Shown here in pieces: positions 1 through 10,094 of a stretch of DNA of 50,800 nucleotides. Source of the DNA: an uncultured Verrucomicrobiae bacterium (GTDB lineage: Bacteria; Verrucomicrobiota; Verrucomicrobiia; Limisphaerales; JAFGQR01). The stretch covers positions 1 through 50,800 of the forward strand of contig CAWBHS010000014.1 in the NCBI GenBank assembly GCA_963788655.1, written 5' to 3'. The position numbers and the translations under genes were made by a program. Position 1 is the stretch's first letter. The number at the start of each line of letters is the position of its first letter. The notes beneath the pieces are model-generated. The model saw only the letters and a program-made list of their open reading frames with translations, ran no database searches and had not been told where the DNA came from.

Positions 1-232
1 TGGAACACAATAATCTTCTGGTTCTTGAAAAAGGACAGAAGTCAGTTGGTTTGCTAATAGAAAACCTGCCAAGACACGAGCATTCTACCGTATCCTGCCA
101 AACCATACGCCACTACTGCCTGCAGGTTTGACCGAGTTCGTTACTGAAGTGTATGCGGTTCAGGAAGTGATATGGCTGTGTTTTGATCACCGTGCATTTT
201 TCGAATTTCTGAAGTCCAGCGTAGCCAGATAA
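1..232 (+). CDS. 3' part of a CheW-like chemotaxis coupling protein (partial, one frameshift)
   Basis: Manual translation gives ...LVLEKGQKSVGLLIENLP... and, after a shift near 80-110, ...LPAGLTEFVTEVYAVQEVIWLCFDHRAFFEFLKSSVAR* (TAA 230-232). This resembles a CheW/PilI-type C-terminus and lies directly before an MCP-like gene. Confidence 0.55.
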
Positions 233-335
233 ATATTTTAACATACGAGTTGTATTTATGAATCGCCTTCAACAGTCTGCTGACAAATACCTGGAGAGTA
301 CTAGTTATGATATCTCTTAAATCAAAAATGTCGAA

Positions 336-900
336 ATGGCGGATATTAAGATAAAGTCACGTAATGTAAAGATTACCCAGAAATTAACTGGCTTATTAAA
401 TAGGTTTGATGGTGGAGTCAAGCTTTGCTGTCATCGGTTTCGCCTACTACCAGGTTCTGGATGCGGAGCAGAACGCGATCACCATTTCCGTAGCGGATGG
501 TTGAGTTCGAAAATGGCATCCATGAGGTCCAGGTCGACCTGTTGAACGCCCGGCGTAGCGAGAGCGAATTCTACCTGAAAAAATATCCGATTTTGCTGGG
601 TAAATTCGACACCCGGATAATCGTAGCCAGCCAGAACCTGAAGGGCCTGACCAGTCTTGTTAAGGGTGAGGAAGACCTGAGTATCATTACCGAGCTTGGT
701 GATGCTTTCGAGGTTTATCGTGAGCGTTTCATCAAGGCGGCAGAGGCGCAGGTGGATATCGGTCTGGATGAGAACACCGGCATGACGGTTGACCTGTTGG
801 CTGCAGCTGACGAGCTGGAGGATAAAATCGCCAAACTTGATTATCCTGAGCTCGATCGTTCATTGTTGAAAATACGCCAGTATGAAACCCTCGTTTATCA
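336..900 (+). CDS. N-terminal part of a methyl-accepting chemotaxis protein (TM1 plus HBM-like sensor domain), frameshifted and truncated at a junction
   Basis: KITQKL followed by a hydrophobic stretch (FAVIGFAYY in a shifted frame), then LLNARRSESEF, IGLDENTG and LLKIRQYE, which match the repeated 'LL.RR.EKDF' and 'GLDEN.G' motifs of helical bimodular MCP sensors. MCP-like sequence stops at about 900. Confidence 0.65.
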
Positions 901-1381
901 ATGGAGCGCTGTCCAACGTCCGATCAATTCCCATCGCGGCGCAGAGTTTGCCCGGACCATTCGTCAAATCGAAGGCGTGGGCAACCGCACGGTTTTGACG
1001 CAAGATCGCGTCGCCGATCACCGGTTCGACGGCGCGCACCAAAACTGCTTCCGCCGTTCCGGCCGGACAGCAAACCGCATTGAAACAATAATGGTTGCCG
1101 TAAATGAAATACACGTACGCATGTCCGGGCGGACCGTACATCGAGCGGTTGCGCAACGTTTCGCGTTTGAAGGCGTGACAGGCCGGATCAGTTGCCAAAT
1201 ACGCTTCCGCCTCCACAATGGGCCCGCCGCAAGGCCCGTCCGGCGTGTTGCGGAGGAGGAAATGCCCCAACAAATGCGGCGCTACAATCTCTGCCGAAGG
1301 CGCGTAAAAGCTGGCGGGTAACGGGCGGTAACGTGCCGGACGGCGGGGCTTCTGATGGGGCATGGTGGTCGGTTCAATCAT
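900..1381 (-). CDS. mpg: DNA-3-methyladenine glycosylase (MPG/AAG family), C-terminus missing
   Basis: Motifs IVEAEAY, DPACHAF, PGHAYVYFIYGNHYCFN, AVLVRAVEP and LTNGPGKLC. The usual C-terminal 'RIGI...WRF' segment is absent because the ORF runs into the foreign segment (called stop at 860). Confidence 0.9.
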
Positions 1382-1407
1382 GTAGTTTCACGAAGTGTCA
1401 GCCATCG

Positions 1408-1510
1408 AAAACACCGGCAAGTCGGACGCAATCCAAACGCTGGCGTGACCTGGGCAGGGCACCGAACTTCGCGAAGCGTTTGGAGTGCGTGGAGCTTGCT
1501 CCCGCATTCG
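1408..1510. repeat. REP-like palindromic element, family A (GCACTCCAAACGCT...AGCGTTTGGAGTGC)
   Basis: Internal inverted repeat. Its reverse complement closely matches 29373-29480. Confidence 0.8.
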
Positions 1511-1630
1511 TTAGACACAGCACGCCACAAAACCAAAAAAATACCCGCCGGCTTTGGCCGGACCTTCCGCCTTCGTAAGCGCCGGCAAGCAGAAGGCATT
1601 CATGGCTGACTTCGGCAAATGCACGGTCGG

Positions 1631-3123
1631 TCACGGACTGACGTATTTGGCCAGTTGTGCCAGTTGCCCCACCAGGAGGTTCGGAAAACAGCCCAACGCC
1701 ACCACTCCGGCAGCCAACAGCAGAACAACCAACCGACTCGCGAGCCGGCACTTTAGGGGAACCGCGTCCGCGGGCGGCTTCTCGACATAAATCTGTTTGA
1801 GCACGATCAAGTAGTAATAAAGGGCCACCGCGCTCATGGCGACGGCCAAGATGACCAGCCAGAGCAGGCCCAGGTTTCGCCCGCTGCTCAGCGCGGATGC
1901 GAACAAATAGAATTTGCCGAAGAAACCCGCCAGCGGCGGAATTCCCGCCAACGACAGCATGAAGATCAGCATGCAAAACGACAGCACCGGTGCCCGCCGG
2001 CTTAGTCCCGCGAAAGACGTGATCGAGTCCGTTCCCAGTTGCTCCTGCACGATGGCCACGACTCCGAAGGCGCCAAGAGTGGTCAGAGCGTAGGTGATTG
2101 CGTAGTACATCAGCGCACTCACCCCAGCCTGGTCATTGGCCAGCAAACCAACCAGCATGTAACCCGCCTGGGCGACCGCGGAATAAGCGAGCAACCGTCG
2201 CACGCTGCCTTGCACGATGGCCGCCAAGTTGCCCAACACCATGGACAACGCGGCCATCACGGCAATCAGCGGCACCCAACCTTCTGCCAACCCCTGCCAA
2301 GCGCCACTGCCGGCGGCGCCTTTCAAACCATAAACCATGACCTTGGCGAGGATGAAGAAGCTCGCCACCTTCGAGCCCGAGGCAATGAACGCCGCGCTGG
2401 GCAGCGGCGCACCCTGGTAAGTGTCCGGCGCCCACAGATGAAACGGCACCGCCGCCACCTTGAAGCCCAAACCGATTGCCACCATCGCCATGGCCATGAG
2501 CAATAGCGGATCGGGATTGACGGTGCCGGCCTTCGCCGCGATGCCGACTAGCGACAATTCGCCCGTGCAACCGTAAAGCCAGCTCAGGCCATACAACATG
2601 AACCCGGCCGACATCCCGCCAAACAGGAAATACTTCAGCGCTGCTTCCGCCGATTGGATTTGGCGTTTGTTGAAGGCGGTCAGGATGTAGAGCGACAAGC
2701 TGACCAGTTCGAGCGAAACGAAAATCATCAACAGATTCTCGGAACTGACCAGGAACATCATCCCCAGCGCAGCCAGCAGCAGCAGGAGGAAATATTCGCC
2801 CAACGTGCTCGGTAAAGTCGGGATTCGCGGGAAAGCAGCCCGGTGAAGATCGTCAACACCAGGATGACTTGTTTGACCAGTAACACCATCGGATCGATGA
2901 CCAGCAGGCCATCCATGATTTTGGTTTGGTGAGGCGAGTAAGCCTGCGCCAGCCACAGGATGGCCACCAAGCATCCCACGGTGGTGATGATCGATGCCAC
3001 CAGCAACCGAGCGGGCAAGGATTTGTGGCGCATTTCGGCCAGGTCAACCGCCAGCACCACCAGGCCGGTGACCAGCACCAGCGCTTCAGGAACCAGGAGC
3101 ACGAGCAGTTCAAAGAAACTCAT
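1631..3123 (-). CDS. nuoN: NADH-quinone oxidoreductase subunit N (frameshift near 2815)
   Basis: Starts MSFFELLVLLVPE (ATG 3123, ATGA overlap with the upstream gene). Motifs EAALKYF, FKVAAVPFHLWAPDTYQGAP, RLLAYS and SLAGIPPLAGFFGKF. Confidence 0.92.
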
Positions 3124-4629
3124 TGTCCGGCTCCTTTCAGGAGATTGGCCATTAACGGCGAATTCAAACTGGGCACAATCATCCGCAACAAGAGCTGCGG
3201 ATACAATCCGATCAGCAGCGTGGTCGCCATCAGGATCACCGCGCCGCAACGCTCCGGCAACGTAATGGGATCCAACGGTGGCGCCGTCGCGGCGGGCGGC
3301 GTTTCGTCTGGTTCCTCGTGAGCGCCCGAATAAAACGACCGCTGCAATCGTGCGGATCATATAGGCAATGCCCACCAGGATGCCGACGCCGGCCAGGACC
3401 GCCAAAACCGGGAAGGCCGTCCACGCGCCGATCAGCACCTGCAACTCCGCCACGAATCCGCTGAAGCCCGGCAGCCCCATCGACGCCATACCCGCCGATG
3501 ACGAAGGTCACGGCCGCAAACGGAATGGCTTTGTTCCAGACGCATCGTGCTCAAGATCGCCAGTTCGCGCGTGTGCGTCCGGTCATAAACCATGCGTCCC
3601 ACCACGGCGAACAGCAGTCCCGCAATGATGCCGTGCGAGAACATTTGCAGCACCGCGCCGCTCAAGCCCGATCGTAGTTCAGCGTGGCCAACCCGAGCAG
3701 CACAAAACCCATGTGGCTCACGCTCGAATAGCCGATGACAAATTTGAAATCCTTTTGCACCAGCGCCACCATCGCGCCATACACAATGCCGATGACCGCC
3801 AGCACCGCGATGGTTTCGCGCCACGCCATCAAGCCCTGCGGAAACAGCGTCATCGCCACCCGCAGACGCGCCGTAAGCGCCCAGCTTCATCACCACGCCC
3901 GGCCAGCAACATCGAAGCGGCCGTCGGCGCGGCCACATGACCGGTCGGCGCCCAGGTGTGAAACGGCCACAAGCCGGCCAGGATGGCGAAGCCGACGAAC
4001 ACCAGCGGAAACGCCCACATTTGAAAACTCGTCGGGAAAGGGAAACTTGGCCAGTTCGAGCAGATCGAACGTCTTCGCACCCGGCCACCACATAAGCGGC
4101 AATCAGCCCGACCAGCACCATCGCGCTGCCAACGAACGAATACAGCGCCAGCTTCATCGCGCCGTATTCCTTCCGCGTCGAACCCCAGATGGCGATGAGG
4201 AAATACTTCGGAATGATGGCGATTTCGTAAAAGACAAACAGCAGGAACAAATCAAAGCTCAGGAACACGCCATACACGCCGCCAATCAGCGCCAGGTAAA
4301 ACGCGAAGAATTCCTTCGTTCGATGCTCGACGTTCCAGGAAAACAAAATGCCCGCCACCGCCGCCAAGCCCGTCAGCAACACCAGCGTCAGGCTGATGCC
4401 ATCCGCCGCCAGGTGATACTCGATGCCCAAGCGAAGGAATCCAGCGCGTCTGGCTGATGGTGGCCACCCCCAAATTGGGATCGTACGCCATTGCCCCGGC
4501 CAGCGCGACGCCCAGTCCGGCGAGCGCCGTCCCGAGCGCGACCACGCGCGCCAACCGCACGTTTTTGCCCGGCAGCAGCATCAGCACCAGCACGCCGAGA
4601 AATGAAATGTAAATGGTCCAGGCAAGCAT
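3120..4629 (-). CDS. nuoM: NADH-quinone oxidoreductase subunit M, second copy (several frameshifts)
   Basis: Fragments in successive frames: MLAWTIYISF; YHLAADGISL..FYEIAIIPKYFLIAIWG; LWPFHTWAPTGHVAAPT; KFVIGYSSVSHMGF; QMFSHGI..YDRTHTR; MASMGLPGFSGFVAE; LLIGLYPQ. Confidence 0.88.
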
Positions 4630-4666
4630 GGTTAGTTGTTGCGAAATTCGTTCATACCCATCTTCC

Positions 4667-6228
4667 TCAACTCCCCAATTGCGCCACCATTTTCAACACG
4701 CTGCCGTTGATCACGCCGAGCACAGCTTGCGGATAGAGGCCCATCACGAACATGAGTGCGAGCGCGGGCACCAGGATGATGCGCTCGCTGATCGTCAAGT
4801 CGCGGAAGCTCCGCCCATTTCGAGTTCAGAGGTCCGTGAAAAACGCGCTGGAGCATCGTCAGGAGGAACATCGCCGTCACCAGCAGGCCCGGCACTGCCA
4901 GGACGGCCGCCCAGGGCGCCAGCGGGAACAAGCCTTTGAAGATCAGGAACTCGCCCACAAAGCCGTTCAGTCCCGGCAAGCCCAGCGATGAGAAGACCGC
5001 GATTCCCATCAGCCCGCAGAACACCGGCGCGACTTTCCGGAGGCCGCCGAAATCATCCAGTCCGCGCAATCCGCCGTCCGCTGTTCGATCAAGCCCACGA
5101 AAAAGAACAACGCCGCCGCGGTGAGGCCGTGATTGAACATCTGCAGCAGGACGCCGTTGAGCGCCGCCGCCTTTTCGGTGGTCCATTGCAGTTCCGTGCC
5201 CGTCAACTGCGCGGCCGCGAAGATGCCCAGCAGGCAATAGCCGAGATGGTTGATCGACGAGTACGCGAACATCCGTTTCAGATCGCGCTGCGCAAACGCC
5301 GCCAGCGCCGAAGCTACGATGGTGATGATGGCCAGCCACAACAGCACCGTGCCCGCCGCCTGCATTTGCGCCGGGAAGATCGGGCAGCAGCATCCGCAGG
5401 AAACCATAGACGCCCATCTTGGACATCACGCCCGTGAGCACCATCGTCACGCCGATGGGCGCTTCGGTGTACGCCGCAGGCAGCCACGTGTGGAATGGCA
5501 TTAGTGGCACCTTCACCGCAAAACCCAGGAAGACCCCCGTGAAGATCACCATGGCCAGGGCTGGCGGCGCGATGGTCCAACCCAAGTGATTGCCATAATA
5601 GGCTTGGAGCAGATTTTGCCGGTCCGGGCCTTTCTCAGCCAGCTCAGTGAAGTTGAACGTGTCCAGCCGCCGGCATCAATGCGGCGAATCCCAGCAACAT
5701 GGCGATGCTGCCGACAAACGTATAAACGAAGAATTGCGTGGCCGCCGGCACCCGGTTCGGGCCGCCCCAGAGCTTGATCAGAAAAAACGCCGGCACCAGG
5801 CTCAGTTCCCAGAAGATGAACCAGTGGAAAAAGTTCAGGGCCGTGAACGTCCCAAACAAGGCCGCCTGCAACGCCAGGAAGAAGGAAACCAGGAGTCTGG
5901 GGTTTTCCTCGATCCGCCACGTTGCCACCAAGGCGAATGGCACCACCAGCGTTGTCAACAAAACCATCAGCAGACCCAGTCCATCAATGCCGACGTAATA
6001 CTGCGCGTGGATAATTGGAATCCAATCGTGTTGTTCAACGAATTGCATCCCGGCGGCATTGGGATCGAACTTTACCCAGAGCACCACCGCCATGGCCAGC
6101 GCTAGCAAGCTGAACAGAAAGCCCAGCCCCCGGGCCAGATACTTGTCCCGCTTCGGTAGCAACGCCGTGGCCAGCGCGCCCACCAGCGGCGTGATCGTCA
6201 GCCAGGTGAACGGCGAAATTCCGTTCAT
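4667..6228 (-). CDS. nuoM: NADH-quinone oxidoreductase subunit M, first copy (several frameshifts)
   Basis: Starts MNGISPF (ATG 6228). Motifs YYVGIDGL, FIFWELSLVPAFFLIKLWGG, AVKVPLMPFHTWLP, KRMFAYSSINHLGY, QMFNHG and SLGLPGLNGFVGEF. Ends ..GLYPQ..KMVAQLGS* at 4667. Confidence 0.88.
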
Positions 6229-8314
6229 GAGCGCGCACCCCCACACAAAGCACAGCGCGAAGATCGCCAGCGCCAGGCCAATGACCCGCAGGTAACGCTG
6301 CACCCGCCCATTTTGCCAAAGCGACAACAGCCGACCGGAAGACCGAACCGAGTCGCACCCCCGATCAAAACCGAGGTTGACCACAAATTCGTCCAACGCC
6401 TGGTTCACCCACGAGAGCCCCATCATCAGATACGCCACCGCCCACACCAGTCCGTTCCAAACGAATTGATCCAGCCAGTTGCTGCCCCGCGCCAGGAGGA
6501 CGTTCGCCTTGACCACCGTCATTTCGTAAAGCTCGTCCACGTAAAACTTGTGGCGCAGCAACGTGAAGAGATCCGGTTGCAACGTTTCCAGTGGATCCGT
6601 TTCCGCCGCGCAGGCGCCCGGCTTCCGCCCATAGAACCACCAGCCTAATCCAATCCCGACGGCGACAAAGCAACTGGACATCAACATCGTCACCAGCACA
6701 CCGGTTTCGACGTGCCCGGCCAGCCGCAAGTCGGGCAAGTGCCCGGTCATGTATTCATGGAACCACGGCCAGAACGGAGTGCCAATTGCGGCGAGCAACA
6801 TCGAGAACGCCGCCAGCACCACCAACGGCAGCGTCATGACCGACGGGCTTTCGTGGGGCTGCCCGGTCGCATGGCCGTGTTTGGAGTTCCGACTTCGCTG
6901 GCGCCGCCGCCGCGCCACGGTACGATCCAAAGAACACATAAAGCACCTGCCGGGTCATGTAGAAGGCGGTCAGCACCACCCCGAGTAAGCCCAGGTAAAA
7001 CGGCCACTTCGAGGGCTGCCAGCCCATGGGCGAAGTGCAGAATTTCATCCTTGCTCCAAAAGCCCGAGAAGAAGAACGGCACGCCGCACAACGCCATCAT
7101 GCCAACCGCGTAAGTCAGGAACGTGAGCCGCATTGGACCTCGCAAACCGCCCATGCGCCGGATGTCCTGTTCGCCATTGCAGCCGTGGATCACCGAACCT
7201 GCGCCCATGAACAGCAGGGCCTTGAAAAACGCGTGCGTAATCAAATGAAACATCCCGACCGCGGGCCGCCTACGGCAAGGCCCATCATCATGTAACCCAG
7301 TTGGGAAACCGTCGAATAGGCCAGAATGCGCTTGATGTCCGTCTGCGCCACCGCAATCAGCGCCGCGAAGAAGGCCGTGATGGCCCCGACCCAGGTGACC
7401 ACCTGCAACGCCGTCGTCTCCGGCGGAAATCCATCCATCCGGGCGCTCATCAGCGGATACACCCGCGCCACCAGAAAAACACCGGCCGCCACCATCGTGG
7501 CTGCGTGGATCAGGGCGCTGACGGGCGTGGGACCTTCCATGGCGTCCGGCAGCCAGACGTGCAACGGCACCTGGCCCGATTTACCAATGGCCCCGCAGAA
7601 GATCAGTAACGAAATTGCCGTGCTGACGGCCATACCCCCGCCCACAGTTAGCGCCACCATTTGCGTCAGCGCCGAATGCTCCAGGCAACCATGGCCCGCA
7701 TCGTAAAAAAGCAACGTGCCCGTTTGCGCATAGAGCCAGAGCATGCCCAGGAAGAAGCCCATGTCCCCAATGCGCGTAACAATGAACGCCTTCTTGGCCG
7801 CCGCCGCGGCGCTGGGTTTGTGATACCAAAATCCGATCAACAAATACGACGCCAGCCCCACCAATTCCCAGCAGATGAACAGCAGCAACAGACTGTTGGC
7901 GATCACCAACCCGAGCATCGCCGCGGCAAACAACGAGAGGAAACAGAAGAACCGCGTGAAGTTCTCGTCGTCCGCCATGTAGCCCACGCTGTAGATGAAA
8001 ATCAGGAGCCCGACCAACGTCACCATCACCAGCATGATTGCCGTCAGCGGATCCAGCACCCAACCCAAACGCAACGGCGCCTGGCCCATTTCAAGCCATT
8101 TGAAGTCAGCCATCTTGCGCCAGACTTCCCCTTCCGGTGAGGGCCCGAACGTGGTCACAAAGGCCCAGAACGCCAGGCACATTGAGACGGCCATCGAACC
8201 AATGGCCAGCGACGCGGCAAACTTGCGCCGCGGTTGACCGGCCAACGCGGTAACCCCGGCTGCCAGTAACGGTAGCACCGGGATCAACCACAGGTTGTGG
8301 ACTATCCACGTCAT
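6225..8314 (-). CDS. nuoL: NADH-quinone oxidoreductase subunit L with extended lateral helix (at least 3 frameshifts)
   Basis: Motifs [103 protein letters not shown] and [19 protein letters not shown] upstream. Confidence 0.92.
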
Positions 8315-8444
8315 GCAGCGTCTGCCTCCTCCTGTCGTCGGGTAGCTGCCGCCTGCAAGCTGGCGAGCCGGAGTTTGCCGCGCAGGGCGACTTCCCGCAG
8401 ATTGGATATGGTTACTGATTGTGTGTTGGGTATAGACATCGGGA

Positions 8445-8852
8445 TCACGTCTCTGGCGGGCAGATTAACGGAATGACCTCCCGCTTGTTGCGCCGATAGA
8501 CGCGGAAATCCTGGCGATCTACCGTGATTACGCTGTGGCGCGGATTCAGCTCACTCAAACACACCAAGCAAAGATCGGCCAAGTCGGGTTTGCGGTCTCC
8601 GTATCGCTCGGCCAGGGCTGCAAGCTGCGGCAAATGATCGTTGCAGTCGAAGGCGAGCGTGATCAGGCCCTCGTGGAGCATCGCCAACACCACGGGGACG
8701 CTTTCCAAGTGAAACGCGGTTTCCGAAAGCACGGCTTCGCAGGTCAACAACGGTTCGGTCACGCTGGCCGCCACGCTCACGGCCCAGTCGTGATAGGTGT
8801 CGCTCCGGCTGGCAAAAGCCACCAGAAAGCCGGTGTCCGCAATGCCCTTCAT
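8445..8852 (-). CDS. vapC: PIN-domain (VapC-like) toxin
   Basis: IADTGFLVA, TCEAVLSET, PDLADLCL and ITVDRQDFRVYR supply the PIN acidic residues. ATGA overlap with the antitoxin. Confidence 0.88.
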   Translation of the reverse strand: MKGIADTGFLVAFASRSDTYHDWAVSVAASVTEPLLTCEAVLSETAFHLESVPVVLAMLHEGLITLAFDCNDHLPQLAALAERYGDRKPDLADLCLVCLSELNPRHSVITVDRQDFRVYRRNKREVIPLICPPET

Positions 8853-9064
8853 CCCTTGGTATAGCCCTTTCGTTTGGAGAGGTCTTTGGGCCGCCCTTTG
8901 ATGGAACCCGCAAGGCGCATGAACGGCTGCCCGCCTCCTCTGGACTTGGCGCGTTCGAGATGTTCCCGAACCAATTGTCCTTGCGACATGCCTGTTTTAG
9001 TAGCGGTTTGTTCCAACCATTCCGCTAGATCGTTGTTAAGACGAATAGTGATCGTATGACTCAT
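8849..9064 (-). CDS. Ribbon-helix-helix (CopG-like) antitoxin
   Basis: MSHTITIRL..LAEWLE..GMSQGQLVRE RHH pattern and a C-terminal GRPKDLS. Directly upstream of the PIN gene. Confidence 0.85.
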   Translation of the reverse strand: MSHTITIRLNNDLAEWLEQTATKTGMSQGQLVREHLERAKSRGGGQPFMRLAGSIKGRPKDLSKRKGYTKG

Positions 9065-9072
9065 GCGTCAGA

Positions 9073-9101
9073 AATGTATTCGGTTGCCGTTTTCGAGGCA
9101 A
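9073..9101 (-). promoter_or_regulatory. Candidate sigma70 promoter for the vapBC module (near-leaderless)
   Basis: Minus strand reads TTGCCT-17 nt-TACATT, 8 nt before the antitoxin ATG. An imperfect palindrome TGAC-GCATGA-GTCA spans the start codon. Confidence 0.55.
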
Positions 9102-9241
9102 GTGCGCGCGCACTGCAACGTGGCGGCATTCGGCGTGTGGTTGGTCGAATCCCCCCGCCGCATCAACAGGGCAAGGAGGGGGTTTTCGGTTATGAGCATG
9201 CCGTGAGAATAATGGTGGAAGCTGGCGCGCATATAACTGTT

Positions 9242-9553
9242 TCAGCCCTTCATGGAATCGATCTGGTCCAGGTTGGTGGTTCGGTAGTGCCGGTAAATGG
9301 CAATGATCAGCGCGAGACCTACTGCCGCTTCCGCCGCGGCGATGGCGATCGAGAACAATACGAACATGACGCCGCTCAATTGGTCCGGATGCGGTAGATA
9401 GCGCCAGAACGCGATGAAATTCAGATTCGCAGCGTTCAGCATCAGCTCGATACCGATCAACACCAGGATGGCATTGCGCCGCGTCAGTGCGCCGGCCAGG
9501 CCGACGGCGAACAGCAGCGCGGATAATATCAAATAGTCATGCAGGGGAATCAT
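9242..9553 (-). CDS. nuoK: NADH-quinone oxidoreductase subunit K
   Basis: RRNAILVLIGIELMLNAANLNF and IAAAEAAVGLAL. Confidence 0.95.
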   Translation of the reverse strand: MIPLHDYLILSALLFAVGLAGALTRRNAILVLIGIELMLNAANLNFIAFWRYLPHPDQLSGVMFVLFSIAIAAAEAAVGLALIIAIYRHYRTTNLDQIDSMKG

Positions 9554-9568
9554 AGGTTCAACCAAGCC

Positions 9569-10087
9569 TCACTTTTCTTTCCTTTCCTGCAGGGCAATGA
9601 GCACGGCACCGAGCATGGCGGCCGTGAGCAAGACCCCGGTAACGAGCAGGGGCAGGATATAACTCTCCGGATTGCCCTCGGGCCGGTTTAACAGTTGTTC
9701 GCCGATCATCTTGACGCTGATTTCCGGCAACGGCGCAGGTCCAGTCGGCAGGACACCACTCGACCGGATGGCCATCCAAAGCCCGACGAACGCCGCCGCC
9801 GCGACCGCCAGACCGATCCACCATCCCGACGCCAGCCGCGAGGTCGGGCCCGTTTCGCCGCTACGCGTCAGCAGGATCGCAAACAGGATCAGGATGGCCA
9901 CCGCGCCGACATAGACAAGAATCTGCGCGAATCCGATGAACTGGGCATCCAGTTGCAGGTACATCGCCGCCAGGCCCACAAACGTGACCGTCAGGCAAAG
10001 CGCGCAATGCACCAAGTTGCGCAGCGCCATGGCGGCAACGGCACTGACGAGGATGAGCGCGGCGATGATGATGAAGGAAATTTCCAT
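9569..10087 (-). CDS. nuoJ: NADH-quinone oxidoreductase subunit J
   Basis: RNLVHCAL, LDAQFIGFAQILVYVGAVAILILFAILLT and a C-terminal YILP..LLTAAMLGA. Confidence 0.95.
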   Translation of the reverse strand: MEISFIIIAALILVSAVAAMALRNLVHCALCLTVTFVGLAAMYLQLDAQFIGFAQILVYVGAVAILILFAILLTRSGETGPTSRLASGWWIGLAVAAAAFVGLWMAIRSSGVLPTGPAPLPEISVKMIGEQLLNRPEGNPESYILPLLVTGVLLTAAMLGAVLIALQERKEK

Positions 10088-10094
10088 GCCGGGC

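Noticed and set aside
497..1321. Novel 274-aa protein
   Set aside because: It is an MCP fragment reading through the junction into the antisense strand of mpg.
5644..6939. NuoL-NuoM fusion protein suggested by the 431-aa ORF
   Set aside because: The junction contains TCATGAAC, a standard ATGA stop/start overlap one base out of frame, in a region full of indels. Most likely a single-base error.
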